Made by a program: the position numbers and the translations under genes
Shown here: piece by piece, positions 46,134 to 57,933 of the stretch
Layout of the letters: each line of letters opens with the position of its first letter
Position numbering within the stretch: position 1 is the stretch's first letter
NCBI GenBank assembly: GCA_030295235.1
Contig: AP026139.1
Span: forward strand, 434,001 to 498,000
DNA length: 64,000 bases
Direction: 5' to 3'
Origin: Fistulifera solaris
Lineage: Eukaryota
The notes under the pieces: model-generated
Database searches by the model: none
What the model saw: the letters and a program-made list of their open reading frames with translations, nothing else
Told to the model about the DNA's origin: nothing

Positions 46134-47225
46134 ATGGAAATATCAAACCGAACCTCCCGAGTGCATCCCAAGGATCTTTCCACCATCGAAGCCGGCGAGG
46201 ATCAGGAGCCACTGATCGAATCATCACCGGAGCCCGCCAAGAAAGCACCCATCGTATCGCGACAGGGTCTTTTCGTGTTAATGCTTTTGGCGGTACAAAA
46301 CTGTTTCAAGAATTTACTCATGCGATATGTGATGAAAGATCAACCACAATTTTTGACATCTGCGGCCGTCTTGGGATCGGAGTCACTCAAACTCACGTTG
46401 AGTGTTATTTACATTCTGTTGATTCAGAAAAAAACATTCGGATCCATTTTACAATATCTCAAAGAAGACAAGCGCAACACACTGTTACTGGCCGTACCTG
46501 CGTCGGCTTATAACTTTCAAATGAGTATGGAATACGTCGCCCTGGCCAACATAAATGCAGCACTCTTTAGTGTTCTCGTGCAATCGAAACTACTCTTTAC
46601 TGCCACATTCGCGGCTTTGTTTTTGCGACAAAAACTCAAATACATACAAATTGTTTCTTTGACACAACTGACGACGGGTGTTATGCTCTGTAATTTGGCC
46701 AAAATGGCGACATCGTCCTCGTCCGAGACGTTGGATCAAGCCATGTGGGTGGGGATTTCTGCGACACTGGCCATTGCCTTGTCGTCGGGCTTTGCCAGTG
46801 TCTATACCGAAAAGGTTATCAAAGCACAAAAAGGCCGGACCGTCCAAGATCAAGATTACGGTTTGGCCTACACGCAAGTGCAGCTCGCCCTCATGAGCAT
46901 TGTTACGATTGGTGCGTACGCGGCCTTTCGCGATTGGGACGCCATTGTTACGAATGGATTGTTTCATAATTTTTCTACAGGTGCTTTCTTGTCAGTGGCG
47001 AGTAGTGCTCTTGGTGGATTGATTGTGGCAGGCGTATTGAAGTATGCGGATTCGGTTTTGAAAGGATACGCGACCGCGCTTTCCGTGATTTTAACGGGGG
47101 TCCTTTCCCGTATCATGTTTGGGACGGAATTGAATGCGATTTACTTTATGGGAATCAGCAATGTTGTCATTGCTGTTATTTTATACAACGGTGGGGAAGA
47201 ATTGAATCGCTACGTGTGTTCTTAA
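46134..47225 (+). CDS. Nucleotide-sugar transporter (SLC35A family), copy 1
   Basis: E.LKL, VPA..Y..Q, QSKLLFTA, SGFASVYTEK and GGLIVAGVLKYADSVLKGYAT; about 10 TM segments. Confidence 0.93.
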   Translation: MEISNRTSRVHPKDLSTIEAGEDQEPLIESSPEPAKKAPIVSRQGLFVLMLLAVQNCFKNLLMRYVMKDQPQFLTSAAVLGSESLKLTLSVIYILLIQKKTFGSILQYLKEDKRNTLLLAVPASAYNFQMSMEYVALANINAALFSVLVQSKLLFTATFAALFLRQKLKYIQIVSLTQLTTGVMLCNLAKMATSSSSETLDQAMWVGISATLAIALSSGFASVYTEKVIKAQKGRTVQDQDYGLAYTQVQLALMSIVTIGAYAAFRDWDAIVTNGLFHNFSTGAFLSVASSALGGLIVAGVLKYADSVLKGYATALSVILTGVLSRIMFGTELNAIYFMGISNVVIAVILYNGGEELNRYVCS

Positions 47226-47452
47226 ACTTAGATTGAATGACTCATCAAGGGGATACGGGAGCTTGTGTCGAAGTACCAATACTGGGCGAATCTTTATCGA
47301 AGCAATCATGTACTCCTGGTTTTGGGAGAGGTTTTCACGGAAGGCAGAATCTCGACAAAGATTTATTCTCTTCCATCGAACAAGTTAAGTAGGTGGATAG
47401 ACGAAAATATTATTACCAGGTATCTGGAATAAAAGATGGACGAAAATAACAA

Positions 47453-47476
47453 GGGTTCACTGTCGGGTTCACTGTC
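47453..47476. repeat. 12-bp tandem duplication
   Basis: gggttcactgtc x2 in intergenic DNA. Confidence 0.85.
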
Positions 47477-47825
47477 TTAACTAATGTCGCAGAGGTCGGC
47501 TTCAAAAGCCGCGCCCCTTGTCAGTCGTGCGGTCGCGCTCCCAAATCATCGCCCAAATTCGTTGACTGACTACTGTTTGTACAGAGTCAATTAGTCCTGC
47601 TTTTCGCCACTCCGCGTCGTTCACCCCTTTGGGTTTTCATGAGAAACGGGTGTCAAACCCGCATCACAGAGAAGCTTCACTGCCGTGTCACCAAACGAAT
47701 ATTATTTTCTGTCAAACCTGTCGGTCGTTTCCCATCGGTCGATTATAAATTATCGCTTGATCTCTTGTTCGAGTCAACTCTTTCCACAGTTTCATCACAA
47801 TCACCTTTCTATCTGCTGCTTAAGA

Positions 47826-49110
47826 ATGCCTCCGAATCAACGCGACTTTCACGTGTTATCGAGTCATATCGACGACGAAGATTCTTCGACCCGTCGCTAC
47901 CGTTGCGCAGTCCTGGGTTGCGGCATGATGGGACAAGAACATGTATCGTACATGGCGGGTTATGCCGATCGCGTGAGCATTGACTTTCTCTGCGATCCTC
48001 ACACCGATTCACTCAATAAGTGCGTCAAAGTCCTTCGCGAATTCTCTTCCACAGTCAAGACCCCGATGCTGCTACAAGACGAAGAAGAGCTCTTGCAGTT
48101 TGCTCATTCCATCGACTTGTTGGTGATCGCCACACCCAACTACCAACACGCAGGTCAACTGTTACGCTGGGCCAACAACGATATGACCATTTTGGTGGAG
48201 AAGCCCGCGGCTATCTCTACGGCTCAGATTGATGCGTTGAATGTTCACATGAATGCCCGAGTTTGGGTGGCCATGGAATATCGATTTATGCCGGCCATTC
48301 GCCAACTTTTGGAGTTACGAGATGTGGTCGGCGACATTCAGATGGTGACGATTCGCGAAAATCGCTTTCCTTTCTTACACAAGATCGGAGCTTGGAATCG
48401 TGATCCCCAAAAGACTGGAGACACGCTCGTGGAGAAGTGGTAAGTCACTTTTGTCAGGACAGACCCGTGTATGTCCTTGATAAGCAAATGCCTTACACAC
48501 ATCGTAATAATCTATACTCCGCAGCTGCCACTTCTTTGACTTGATGCGTCTCATCACAGGACAAGAAGTAGATCTCGACAAAATACGTACCATGGCGCAA
48601 CGTGGCATCAACTACGAGCATGAGGCTCTGACGACTGATCCAATCATCGATGCAGCTTATGTGATGATGAAGTTCCGGAAAGGGTCGGAAGAACGAGTGG
48701 CCGCCATGGGATGCTTGGAATTGTGCATGTACGCCGACGGTAGTCGTCACCAGGAAGAGATTGTTGTGACTGGTACGAAAGGACGATTGGAGGCTTATCT
48801 ACCAGAGAACAAGGTGTACGCGTTTGTTCGACCGAATCAGGACCAATGGAAAGACCGAAGCGTCCCACCACCGAGAAATGTCGTTCAACCAACTGTTTTT
48901 GATTGCAACAAAATGATGGACGGCCAAGACATTCCATCGCATGGTGGCTATCATTATGGAAGTACCGCTGTCGAGTGGTACCGTCTACTCAATGCTATGG
49001 ACTCGTACAAAGTGACAGGCGAATGGGAGCCGGCCGTCTCATTGACAGATGGTATCAGGGCCGTGGAGATTGGCTTGACTGCAACCGCAGAGATCGTCAA
49101 CGATCTCTGA
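47826..49110 (+). CDS. Gfo/Idh/MocA-family NAD(P) oxidoreductase
   Basis: GCGMMGQEH, IATPN..H, VEKP and MEYRF; intron 48440-48524 joins VEKC/CHFFDLM. Confidence 0.9.
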
Positions 49111-49197
49111 AGAAATGAAAACCTTTTCAATAAATATCCTAAAAACAATAAAGTCCTAAATGCATATTATCAATTTTAATACCTACTTTCACAGATG

Positions 49198-50566
49198 TTA
49201 TGTTCGTACGCTTGCGTAGTATTGGCCTAAAGGAGTCAAAGTTCCATCCAAATTGAACAAAGCAGAGCTTGTCCCTTCTGGTCGATCGATTTCAAACGAG
49301 AACCATGCGTATCCCATCACCCATGGCTGCTCCTCCAACCAGGGAATTGCCTCTTTGCAAAGTTCAGAACGGTTTCCGCGGAGTGTCGGTTGTTCTGAAC
49401 CGTAGAAGCGGACCAGTCAGCAGGAGCGAATTCGGTGATGAGAATGGGCTTTCCGTACTTCTCGTACACTGCTTGCATTCTCGTCTTGAAATTATTCACA
49501 TTGGGCCCCCGTACCAATGAACGCCTATCCAGTCGACACGATAACATAATTCGACTGCCCGATCCATAAATTCTTCCATCCATGTACCCAGAGGATCCAC
49601 ACAAGAAGGGCTGACTAAGCTGAGACCCGTTTCTTCAAGCAGGGGCCAAAACTGAATGGCTTGATCGACCGACATGTTCGCTTGATTCTCTTTATCTGGC
49701 TCATTAAAACCCAATAAGCGTTTTACTCGCCTGCTTTGAATTTGCGGCAGAACATGATCTTGAATGAATTCAGGAACAGTCCAAGGACCCCAAATCATGG
49801 GAGTAAATTCCATATCCATCGGTTGAGCGTCGATCCGATAAGCGGCCCAGTTATAATTCCAGTAACCATTCAATGCTTGTACTTTGGGAGATTCTCGATC
49901 CACGACCCTTCTCGTCCTTCCGGTCGCAATGTAAACGCTACTCCTTTTTGCCCGGAAGAGGTGCTGGGGTTGGATGCCGAGGACAACCCGTCGGGTCCAG
50001 AATCGGAGCGTACAGAGTGGGACTGAACAGTTGCATAGATCGCGAAGGTGCAGCGCTGGGTGCCGTATTGCGTAGGTGACTAGTACTCACTGATGGGGAA
50101 ATGGTAGGAAACGGACTCGTGTCGACCAAAGTCAGAGGAGGAACAACATTTGAACCACTCTTATTTCGATTCAGTCCATACTTTAGGGCAATGGCACAAA
50201 AAATCAAGGAAAATATGATGACAAGAGAAAAAGGATAAACAATCCAGTTTTTCTTGGATTAAAAAACAGTTCTTCTTTCAGCTCACGCCACAAATTTGAC
50301 TTTCTTTCCTCAATGCCACTTGACTCGTTTGGGGCGTTGCCTTTCTCACATTCGCCATGCTGGAACGCTATAGTGTCTTCATGTTTTCCTCGGCGGTTCA
50401 TAGTTGCTGGTTCAGGATTTACGCTTCCATAGGTGCCCTGGTCCAGGATCTCTGAAATACAGCGCAAGTACCGCTCACGGTTGGGTTCTTGCGTTGTCGA
50501 TTGATCATGGAGGGTGTCATCCTGATCACATTGAGTAATTTTTCGTTTCATCGTTCTGTCTTGCAT
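49198..50566 (-). CDS. Type II membrane glycoside hydrolase, GH128-like (beta-1,3-glucanase fold; frameshifted)
   Basis: Cytosolic N-terminus, TM, S/P/T linker, then KKGVA, WNYNW, PMIWG, LLGFNEPD, VHWY, ITEFA, YAWF and TLTPLG..Y; several indels. Confidence 0.85.
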
Positions 50567-51131
50567 ACGAAAGGTTTAATCGTGTGGTGCGGTGTATCGT
50601 ATCTTGGATCCGATAGTAACCACTCTTTGCTAGGCATCCATTCTCCTCGATAAGATATGATGAGATATTTGAAATTTGCACCAACTTCGTTCACGTCCTC
50701 GTTTATTATCGAGTGCTCACAAAATAGTCGCCCCCCTGTTGTGTTTTCCAGTTTTCCGTCAACTGTGTACTGTTGGTATGGCAAAAAAATGTCGGAGGGG
50801 CAATAGTCTGCGAAGGCACGAATTTGGGGTTCTCGCGGGTCTAATCCAACAGTCTACTTGAATATCCATAGCTCGATTTCGCGGCACTGACTACTTAGAT
50901 GGGAGAATGACCCAAATTCATCATGGCGAAGGCTTTTTTAGGCCTTTATGGCCAAAATGGCAACACGTCTGTCCGGAGCGCGTTACCTAGAGTGCCGATG
51001 GCAAAGAACAGGAAACAGGAGAGGATCCGAGTATAAAAAAGATTGAGCGCAAAACTCTTTCGCACCCTTTTTCGACTTCCGTGCATAACCATACCACTCT
51101 AACAAGGCTCACCTTAATTACATACAACATT

Positions 51132-52811
51132 ATGCAAAGCCCACAGCAGAGCAAGAAGTCACCTCAATCCAATACAACTTTGGTGACGTACTTGGCTCGT
51201 GCTCTGGGTCTCCTCTTTCTCCTTTCGGCTATTTTGAATCTATTTTATCATTCTCATCTGCCGACCCCATCAAAGAACTGGGAGGAGCAACCCGTATCAC
51301 TGCCGAAGCACAACAAGAAGAAGAGAATAAAAGAGCAAAGTAATTTCAAGCCAAAAAAGATACACTCTCCTCCTAATCCTCTCGACATTCCTGCTGATAT
51401 CGAAAAACATTCCGTTCCTGATCTTCCTTCCGATTCGGACGACGAAGACGAAAAACCAGCCAAGCAACACAACAATCAGGGAGCACTCATCAAAGATCCT
51501 CTTTCGGAAACAGTACATCCTACGGCTTCACCCACAGCCTTACCACCTCCCGCTAAACATGGAACAGTTCTCCCTCCGAAACCTAGTTCCATTTTACAAA
51601 AGAACATTCCCCAATTATGGACGCTGGTCGCGGAGCAAGTCGTGAAAACGGACAAGGACGGCAAGCCTTTGCATCATAACATACACAATGTTACCGCAAG
51701 CGATCTGCAAGGTATCGGACAGGATGTCGCGAATATTACCATGGAAGAAGCTCGAAAAGGTCGAGAACCACTCCTGGAGCTATTGACCGCGGCTGGAGTC
51801 ACTAGCATGGACGCGGTCAGTGTAGCCAAACTCCCTACGTGGCAACAAGTTACGGATTTATATGGTGATGGACCAGTGATTTATGGATTGGAGACTTGTC
51901 AGCAATTTCGAGACAAGGTGCCACCCGAAGACGCTTCCATCGGAACCGCTGGATTGTTTAACACGGGGACCAATCCCTTTGCCATGTATCTGAGTGCGAA
52001 TTGTGAAATGCCCCAAAATACCAATGACAAAGCCAAAGGTATGCGATGGCAAGTACCGTGGGGGAAGCACATGTTGGCAACTTACAAGTGGAGGAACACG
52101 GCCAAGCACGATTTTCACGTCAACAAGACGAATGTGTTGCCCACCGTTCTGATACGAGACCCCTATTCGTGGATGCAAAGCATGTGTCGGCATCCGTACG
52201 GAGCCCGATTTGTACACGATCATATACACTGTCCGGGACTAGTGCCGTCGGAGCATGATCGAGAAAGGCATCCAAAGGAGCTGAAAGACAAAGAGACTAT
52301 TCCCGTAGTGGTGACGTATCCGGGTCGACGTGCGCATTTTGATTCACTGGCTCACTTTTGGGCACAATGGTATCGCGAGTATTTAGAGGCGGATTACCCG
52401 CGATTGATAATACGGTATGTTGCGATGTAAGACTTGCAAGAAGGAAGCTTCATGCTGTAATCTTTATCACCAATAGCTTGAAAGGATGTCTCACAGCCGT
52501 GGCATCGATTTTTCTCATAACAGGTTCGAGGACATGATTTTTCACCCCCGGAAAGTGCTAAGTTTAGTATGTGAATGCGCGGGCGCCAAACCGAAACAGG
52601 AGGCCTTCTCGTATGTCGTAGGAGAAGGAAAATGGGAAACAAAGTACACGAAGGCTCATCGAATATGATCTCTGCCATGATCCGATACGGCTCGAATAGC
52701 TCAAGACTGACACAAATGTCGGAAGCCGATCTTGAGCTGGCATATCGAGCATTGGATCCGGAACTGATGGATTTGTTTCAATATCCTCGAGTTCCTCCTT
52801 TCGGATCGTAA
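51132..52811 (+). CDS. Type II membrane sulfotransferase-like protein
   Basis: N-terminal TM and stem; GLFNTGTN (5'-PSB-like), WGKH, IRDPYSWMQS (3'-PB-like) and RFED. Intron 52415-52523; frameshift at ~52640. Confidence 0.75.
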
Positions 52812-52887
52812 ATGAGCAAAGATGATGTAATCCTGTATAATAAATTTATAAATAAATACTGTCATCTTCAATTAATGTCAAAGCTTT

Positions 52888-53247
52888 TCAACCGGTTGCA
52901 TTCAAATCCGGTAAAATATGCTGGCCGCTTTCGTCTAATTCCAATTCCTGAACCCACACAACATCTTTCTGAGGATCTAACGAGCCATAAATGTGTGGAA
53001 AAAATTCACTATTCCGACTGTTTTCCCATTTCAAATTTGGGATTGTCTTTTCTATCGCCACGAGAAGCAGATCGGGCTGTTTCGCAAAATAAAGAGCCGC
53101 CGTGGAGGCCACCTGCTCGGCCGTCGAACAGTGCAGAAAGCCGTCCTGCAAGTCAATTGGAGAACCTCGAAATACGTGATCTTGTACGGCCAAGGACCAT
53201 TCATCGCGTGTGACAATCTTAAAAATGTAAGGACAAGTGGAGCTCAT
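52888..53247 (-). CDS. DUF952-family protein
   Basis: IFKI....W, D..DGFLHCST..QV..TA..YF, LKWE and FPHIYG.L. Confidence 0.9.
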   Translation of the reverse strand: MSSTCPYIFKIVTRDEWSLAVQDHVFRGSPIDLQDGFLHCSTAEQVASTAALYFAKQPDLLLVAIEKTIPNLKWENSRNSEFFPHIYGSLDPQKDVVWVQELELDESGQHILPDLNATG

Positions 53248-53429
53248 TTTCTTTGTAAAAATGAAACATAAAAACGATACTGCGTATTACTAGAGTGTGT
53301 GCTTTCGTTGTAAAGACAGCAACAAGCAACAACAGAAAAGATCTCCTCATTCTCATTTATCGCATTTTTGTTTGTCATTCTCATCTGATTGGCTGGGTCC
53401 CTCCGTCGTCAGTCTGGTATGCAACTTGT

Positions 53430-53460
53430 GTCGTGAGTCGTGAGTCGTGAGTCGTGAGTC
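53430..53460. repeat. 7-bp tandem repeat in the divergent DUF952/VIT1 promoter region
   Basis: (gtcgtga) x4 plus gtc. Confidence 0.9.
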
Positions 53461-53903
53461 CTCCTCTTCATTGTCCGATCTCTAATCAAAAAAGTAGCAC
53501 GATTACTTCAGTGTACACTTTGTACAAAAATTTCATAGTACAATCCGAACGGACATCGTGGAGACAAACGTTACTCCGTATTATTACGCTCTGGGCTCCT
53601 GGGACAACAAGGTTTTGTACAATTCTGCTTACAGAACCGTGTTTCCTGCAGACTACAACTCTGTATCGATCTTTTGCGACCGTCCATCGTTCCCCATTCC
53701 CCATCGTTTCGATGCATTTTGTTTTTGCCTATCCGATGATCCAAGACAATAGCAGTGTCACGCATCCTTTTACTGCAGAAAGCTGGAACACTCTATTATT
53801 ACTCCTTGAAAACTATTGCTTTCATTCCCAGCCATACAATTCCGTTTCCGTCCAGTTTTCTTGTCGACGCGAGTGAAAGAAGTCATTTCCAAAAAAGCAA
53901 CAA

Positions 53904-55460
53904 ATGTCGACACCGGTCACACGCTCACCGCCCTCCTCCCGAGAATCGAAACACAAACGGGTCCCCACCGATGAATTGCAAGAGAAGATGAAAAAGATGA
54001 TACAACTGCAGTATCAGCAACAAAGACAGCAACAACAAGCACCTTCCGCGGCGCGTCCGCCCCGATTTTCACCTCCCACAAAAAGCAAACCATCCGTCGA
54101 CGACAATACTAGAGTCGTCAAGGACGTTGATCCACTGCTGCGATTTCCGGACGTGGTGGATCCGGATGTTGGACACGGGACACTCTTTTTCCTACCGAAC
54201 ACAATTTGCAACGACTACGGTCGTTATCATCGGATGCTGGATCTCAAGCACCTAGTAAGGAATCCTTGTCGTCCGAGGCACGTCCTCCGCCGATACCACA
54301 TTACGGAGCACTCGATTCGGGCTCGTCGTTTCCGTCCTCGGGGGATGATGACGACGAAACGAATCAACTACATGACCATGGATATTCTGTAGATCCGTAT
54401 GCAGAGAATAGTCGATTTCTGATGCAACCATCGGTGGCGGAACATAACAACAGCATATGGGATGGGCATTGGATCGTCTACCCCATTGTGTCGTGTTGCG
54501 AAGACATCTGGACTTCGGAAGCCTTGCATCGGTCACTGTGTTTTGGGGCAATTGATGGAATGCTAACCGGTAGTGGCATTGTTGCCACATTTTGCGGGAT
54601 GGGGCTCATTGATTGGAGGACAGTAACCGTGAACACGGAAACTGCCTTTTACTACGGACGGTGGTGGTGGTCTTTTGTGCTGCGACTTGTTTTGCGGACT
54701 CGATATGTATGGCATTAGGACATATATGGACAACGCACGTCTTGGCGACCACGCAAGCTCGGGAACGCTCGGAAATGCGCACCACGATGAATTACGCTCA
54801 AGCGGATGTCAAAGGGCAACTTGTCGATATGCTCCTCTCGAAGGGCATGCTAAAAATCGATGCGATGAGTTTGGCCAATACACTGGAAGGGTATCCGGAT
54901 CTCTTTTAGCGGCTGTGATGGGGGAAGCACTAGCAAGTGTAAATGTCGAGATCTCATCTTCGAACGAATCCGAATACGACGCATTGATGGGTCGTCCAGG
55001 ATCGCGTCAGCAGCGTTCTGCCACACACGGTCGACAGCGCGAGTTTCCAATGGATCCAGATGCGGCTGCCGTGACACAATCGAATCGTGAAGCGCGCAAA
55101 GAATCCTTCTTTATGATGGTGGGGTTTTCTTCCTTCGCGGTCTTGCCCAGTTTGCTCCTACAATGGGTTCCCACCCTTTTGAACAGCAATGTGGATCACA
55201 AAAGCACTTCCGTTCATCCCGAGACCATGATAGTATCCATAATGGCCATCACCATGTGGTTACTAGGAATCTGGAAAAGCCGCTTTCTCGACAGTAATTG
55301 GTTCATGTTTGGAGTTGAAGCAGTATTGGTTTTAGTTGTCTGTATTGCTGCTGCTTACTTGGTTGGGTTTGGTGTACGCCATGCGTTTCTTCCTGAAGTG
55401 AGAATAGAAATTTTGCAAAAATCAAGCTTGTATTACAGCACAGAATCTGGTTCAAATTAG
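53904..55460 (+). CDS. VIT1/CCC1-family vacuolar Fe/Mn transporter-like protein (frameshifted)
   Basis: RSLCFGAIDGMLT, ADSICMALGH, ERSE, and C-terminal TMs with G..KS; long disordered N-terminus; indels at ~54165, ~54650 and ~54905. Confidence 0.82.
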
Positions 55461-55586
55461 CAAAAATTCATTCAAATATTCGGACTAAGGAATAGCTATA
55501 CTTTTTGGGGCTAACTTTCAAAACCAGTATTATGTAACATGCATGAATCTCTATGTATATGTACGTTTGTTTTGTTCCGCCCGTGC

Positions 55587-56810
55587 TTAGCACATTAACC
55601 GATGCAAGTCATCGTTGCCGTTGTATAAAATAACAGCGACAAGGACGTTGATTATTCCCATGAAGTAAATACTATTGAGAGCTGTGCCGAACATAAAGTA
55701 AGACAAAATACCTGTGAGTGTGGCTGCGAGAGCCGTTGCGTAGCCTTTCAAAACACTGTCTGCGTATTTTAGAACGCTAGCCACGATGAGACCTCCCACA
55801 GCGTTGTTCACAACCGATAAGGCCGCCCAAGACGAAAAATTGTGAAATAGTCCGTTGGTTTTGATGACATCCCAATCTTGAATAAAAGCGTAGGTTCCCA
55901 TGGTAAAAATACTCATGAGGGCCAATTGAACTTGTGTGTAAGCTAGTCCATACTCCTGCTCCGAAATGTTTTTGTTTTTATTCCCTTTGATGACTCTTTC
56001 CGTGTAGACACTGGCAATACCCGAAGAGAAGGAAATACCGAGCGCTGCTGATATTCCCAGCGTCACTGAACTCGTCGAACCATTCGGATCATCCTTAGAA
56101 TCCCTTTGATCAGCCATGTTACATAACATGACACCGCAGGTAAGAAGTATTAGCGAAAGCAATTGAATGTACTTGAGCTTTTTCCGTAAAAAGATGACGG
56201 CGCACACAGCGGTGAATAGAAGTCGAGACTGACAGATGACACTGTAGAGCGCCGCATCGATATTCGCCAAAGCCACGTAAGCCATGCTCATCTGAAAATT
56301 GTAAGCACACGCCGGAACCACCAACAACATAGTATTCTTTCTGTCTTCCTTCAGAAACTTGGCAATGGAACCAATCGACTTTTTCTGAATGAACAAAATG
56401 TAGGAGCAACTGCCTGCAAGCTTGATCAGTTCCGACACCAAAACAGCTGCCGAGGCCAAGAAATTCGGCTGATTTTTCATTACAAAACGAATCAGAAGCA
56501 TGGAGAAGCAATTATGCAGAGTCAGTAACAACAACGCGAGCAGCCCCAAACGCGTGAGAACCGAAGTCGTCGATGATGATGACTCGTTGGATTCGCTCTT
56601 GTCGCTGTTGTAATCATCCACTGCCGTCAAGAGTCGCTTTTCTAGATCATCATCGTCCGATGAACTTTCCGAATCTAGGACGTAAGCGTCTTTCTGCGGC
56701 TTCATCATGGAAGCTCTATTGACGCGTTCCATCGCGACTTGCCTTCGCTGGACGGAAGGAGTAATATTGTGGGGAGCGAGCGATTCGAGTTTCCACCGTA
56801 GGGGCCGCAT
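55587..56810 (-). CDS. Nucleotide-sugar transporter (SLC35A family), copy 2 (true start may be a downstream ATG)
   Basis: Close paralogue of 46134..47225 (shared LKEDxxNT, YGLAYTQVQLALMSI, LKYADSVLKGYAT and NGxxxLxRxxC end). Confidence 0.93.
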   Translation of the reverse strand: MRPLRWKLESLAPHNITPSVQRRQVAMERVNRASMMKPQKDAYVLDSESSSDDDDLEKRLLTAVDDYNSDKSESNESSSSTTSVLTRLGLLALLLLTLHNCFSMLLIRFVMKNQPNFLASAAVLVSELIKLAGSCSYILFIQKKSIGSIAKFLKEDRKNTMLLVVPACAYNFQMSMAYVALANIDAALYSVICQSRLLFTAVCAVIFLRKKLKYIQLLSLILLTCGVMLCNMADQRDSKDDPNGSTSSVTLGISAALGISFSSGIASVYTERVIKGNKNKNISEQEYGLAYTQVQLALMSIFTMGTYAFIQDWDVIKTNGLFHNFSSWAALSVVNNAVGGLIVASVLKYADSVLKGYATALAATLTGILSYFMFGTALNSIYFMGIINVLVAVILYNGNDDLHRLMC

Positions 56811-57134
56811 CGTTCCTTAAGCCAACTTGTTATTCTTCATTCAGGCAGAGTTCTCGCGTTTCTTATAGATCTATTGGTAAAGACGTGACCTTCGAATACG
56901 GATAATGCAGTGCATTATAAAGACGAAATTTTCAGGCATTCGATACCACTGTTGGTTGTGTGAGCATAAACAACTAATCACTATTACATATGTAGTATAC
57001 GTCGAGCGCAAGCCACGCCATTGGGGACTTTTTGCATTTACACTAGTTAACTGTGTTGAGTACACTAGGACAGAAAAATAAGGATAAATAAGGATTATTT
57101 AAGGCAAACTGTGTAGATTTCGATTGAAATCGCC

Positions 57135-57157
57135 ACTCTAAACTCTAAACTCTAAAC
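57135..57157. repeat. 7-bp tandem repeat
   Basis: (actctaa) x3 plus ac, intergenic. Confidence 0.8.
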
Positions 57158-57933
57158 GGACGCGCGTCGGCCAAAAGAATGAAATTGATCGTCAGCAAGC
57201 ACCTACATCACGTTTTCTTTCGTGCTTTCATAACTTGAAAACAAATTCTTTTGACAAATCCGATCGTCATGAAAATACTTTATTTCAGAAATATATGTTG
57301 AGACGTCTCCTCTAACACGACATCGACTGTAAACTCCGCGGAGTAACTGAATATAATCTCCGATTCGCTCCGTCCCGCCTTATGCGGATTACAGGGTGCC
57401 AAAAGATCACGACTTCAGTCAATACTTGGAATCGATTCTCAAAAGCAATAATAGGGCATTGTCGTCATCATTGATGACAATGTCTTTCACAGCGAATTGA
57501 TTTAGAATTGCCTCTCATCCCTCTTTTGAAATCACACGAGTATTCCTGTGATTTAATCGGACTTTCAGTCCCGGAACTTTTTGACGACGAATTTCATATG
57601 GACTAAACCTTACAAACTAAACTCTGCTTTTTACGTGCTGATGTGGTGAGCCAGCAAGTAGTAAGAGATCCAGCAAAGCATAGAGTATCATCGACGTCGC
57701 TGTTGGGAGTCTTAGAATAACGATGATGATTCATTCAGAATTCATGAGAAATAATGAGAATGGAAGTGTGTTCTCCCTAACCTTAAGGCCTACTGCCACC
57801 GATGCGATGACCTTTCACGACGATGCAATAAAGAAAGAAAAAAAAGGTGAATAATTTTATTGTGTCCTTCCTTTTTGAACCTAACAAGTACTTATTGAGC
57901 TTCACATTTCTCTTGTGGATCGAGAAAGCGAGA

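Noticed and set aside
53454..53876. Several short ORFs upstream of VIT1
   Set aside because: Non-ATG starts and no motifs; probably 5' UTR or promoter.
57135..57157. Interstitial telomere-like repeat
   Set aside because: Three units of CTCTAAA differ from CCCTAA(A) telomere repeats; an ordinary microsatellite.
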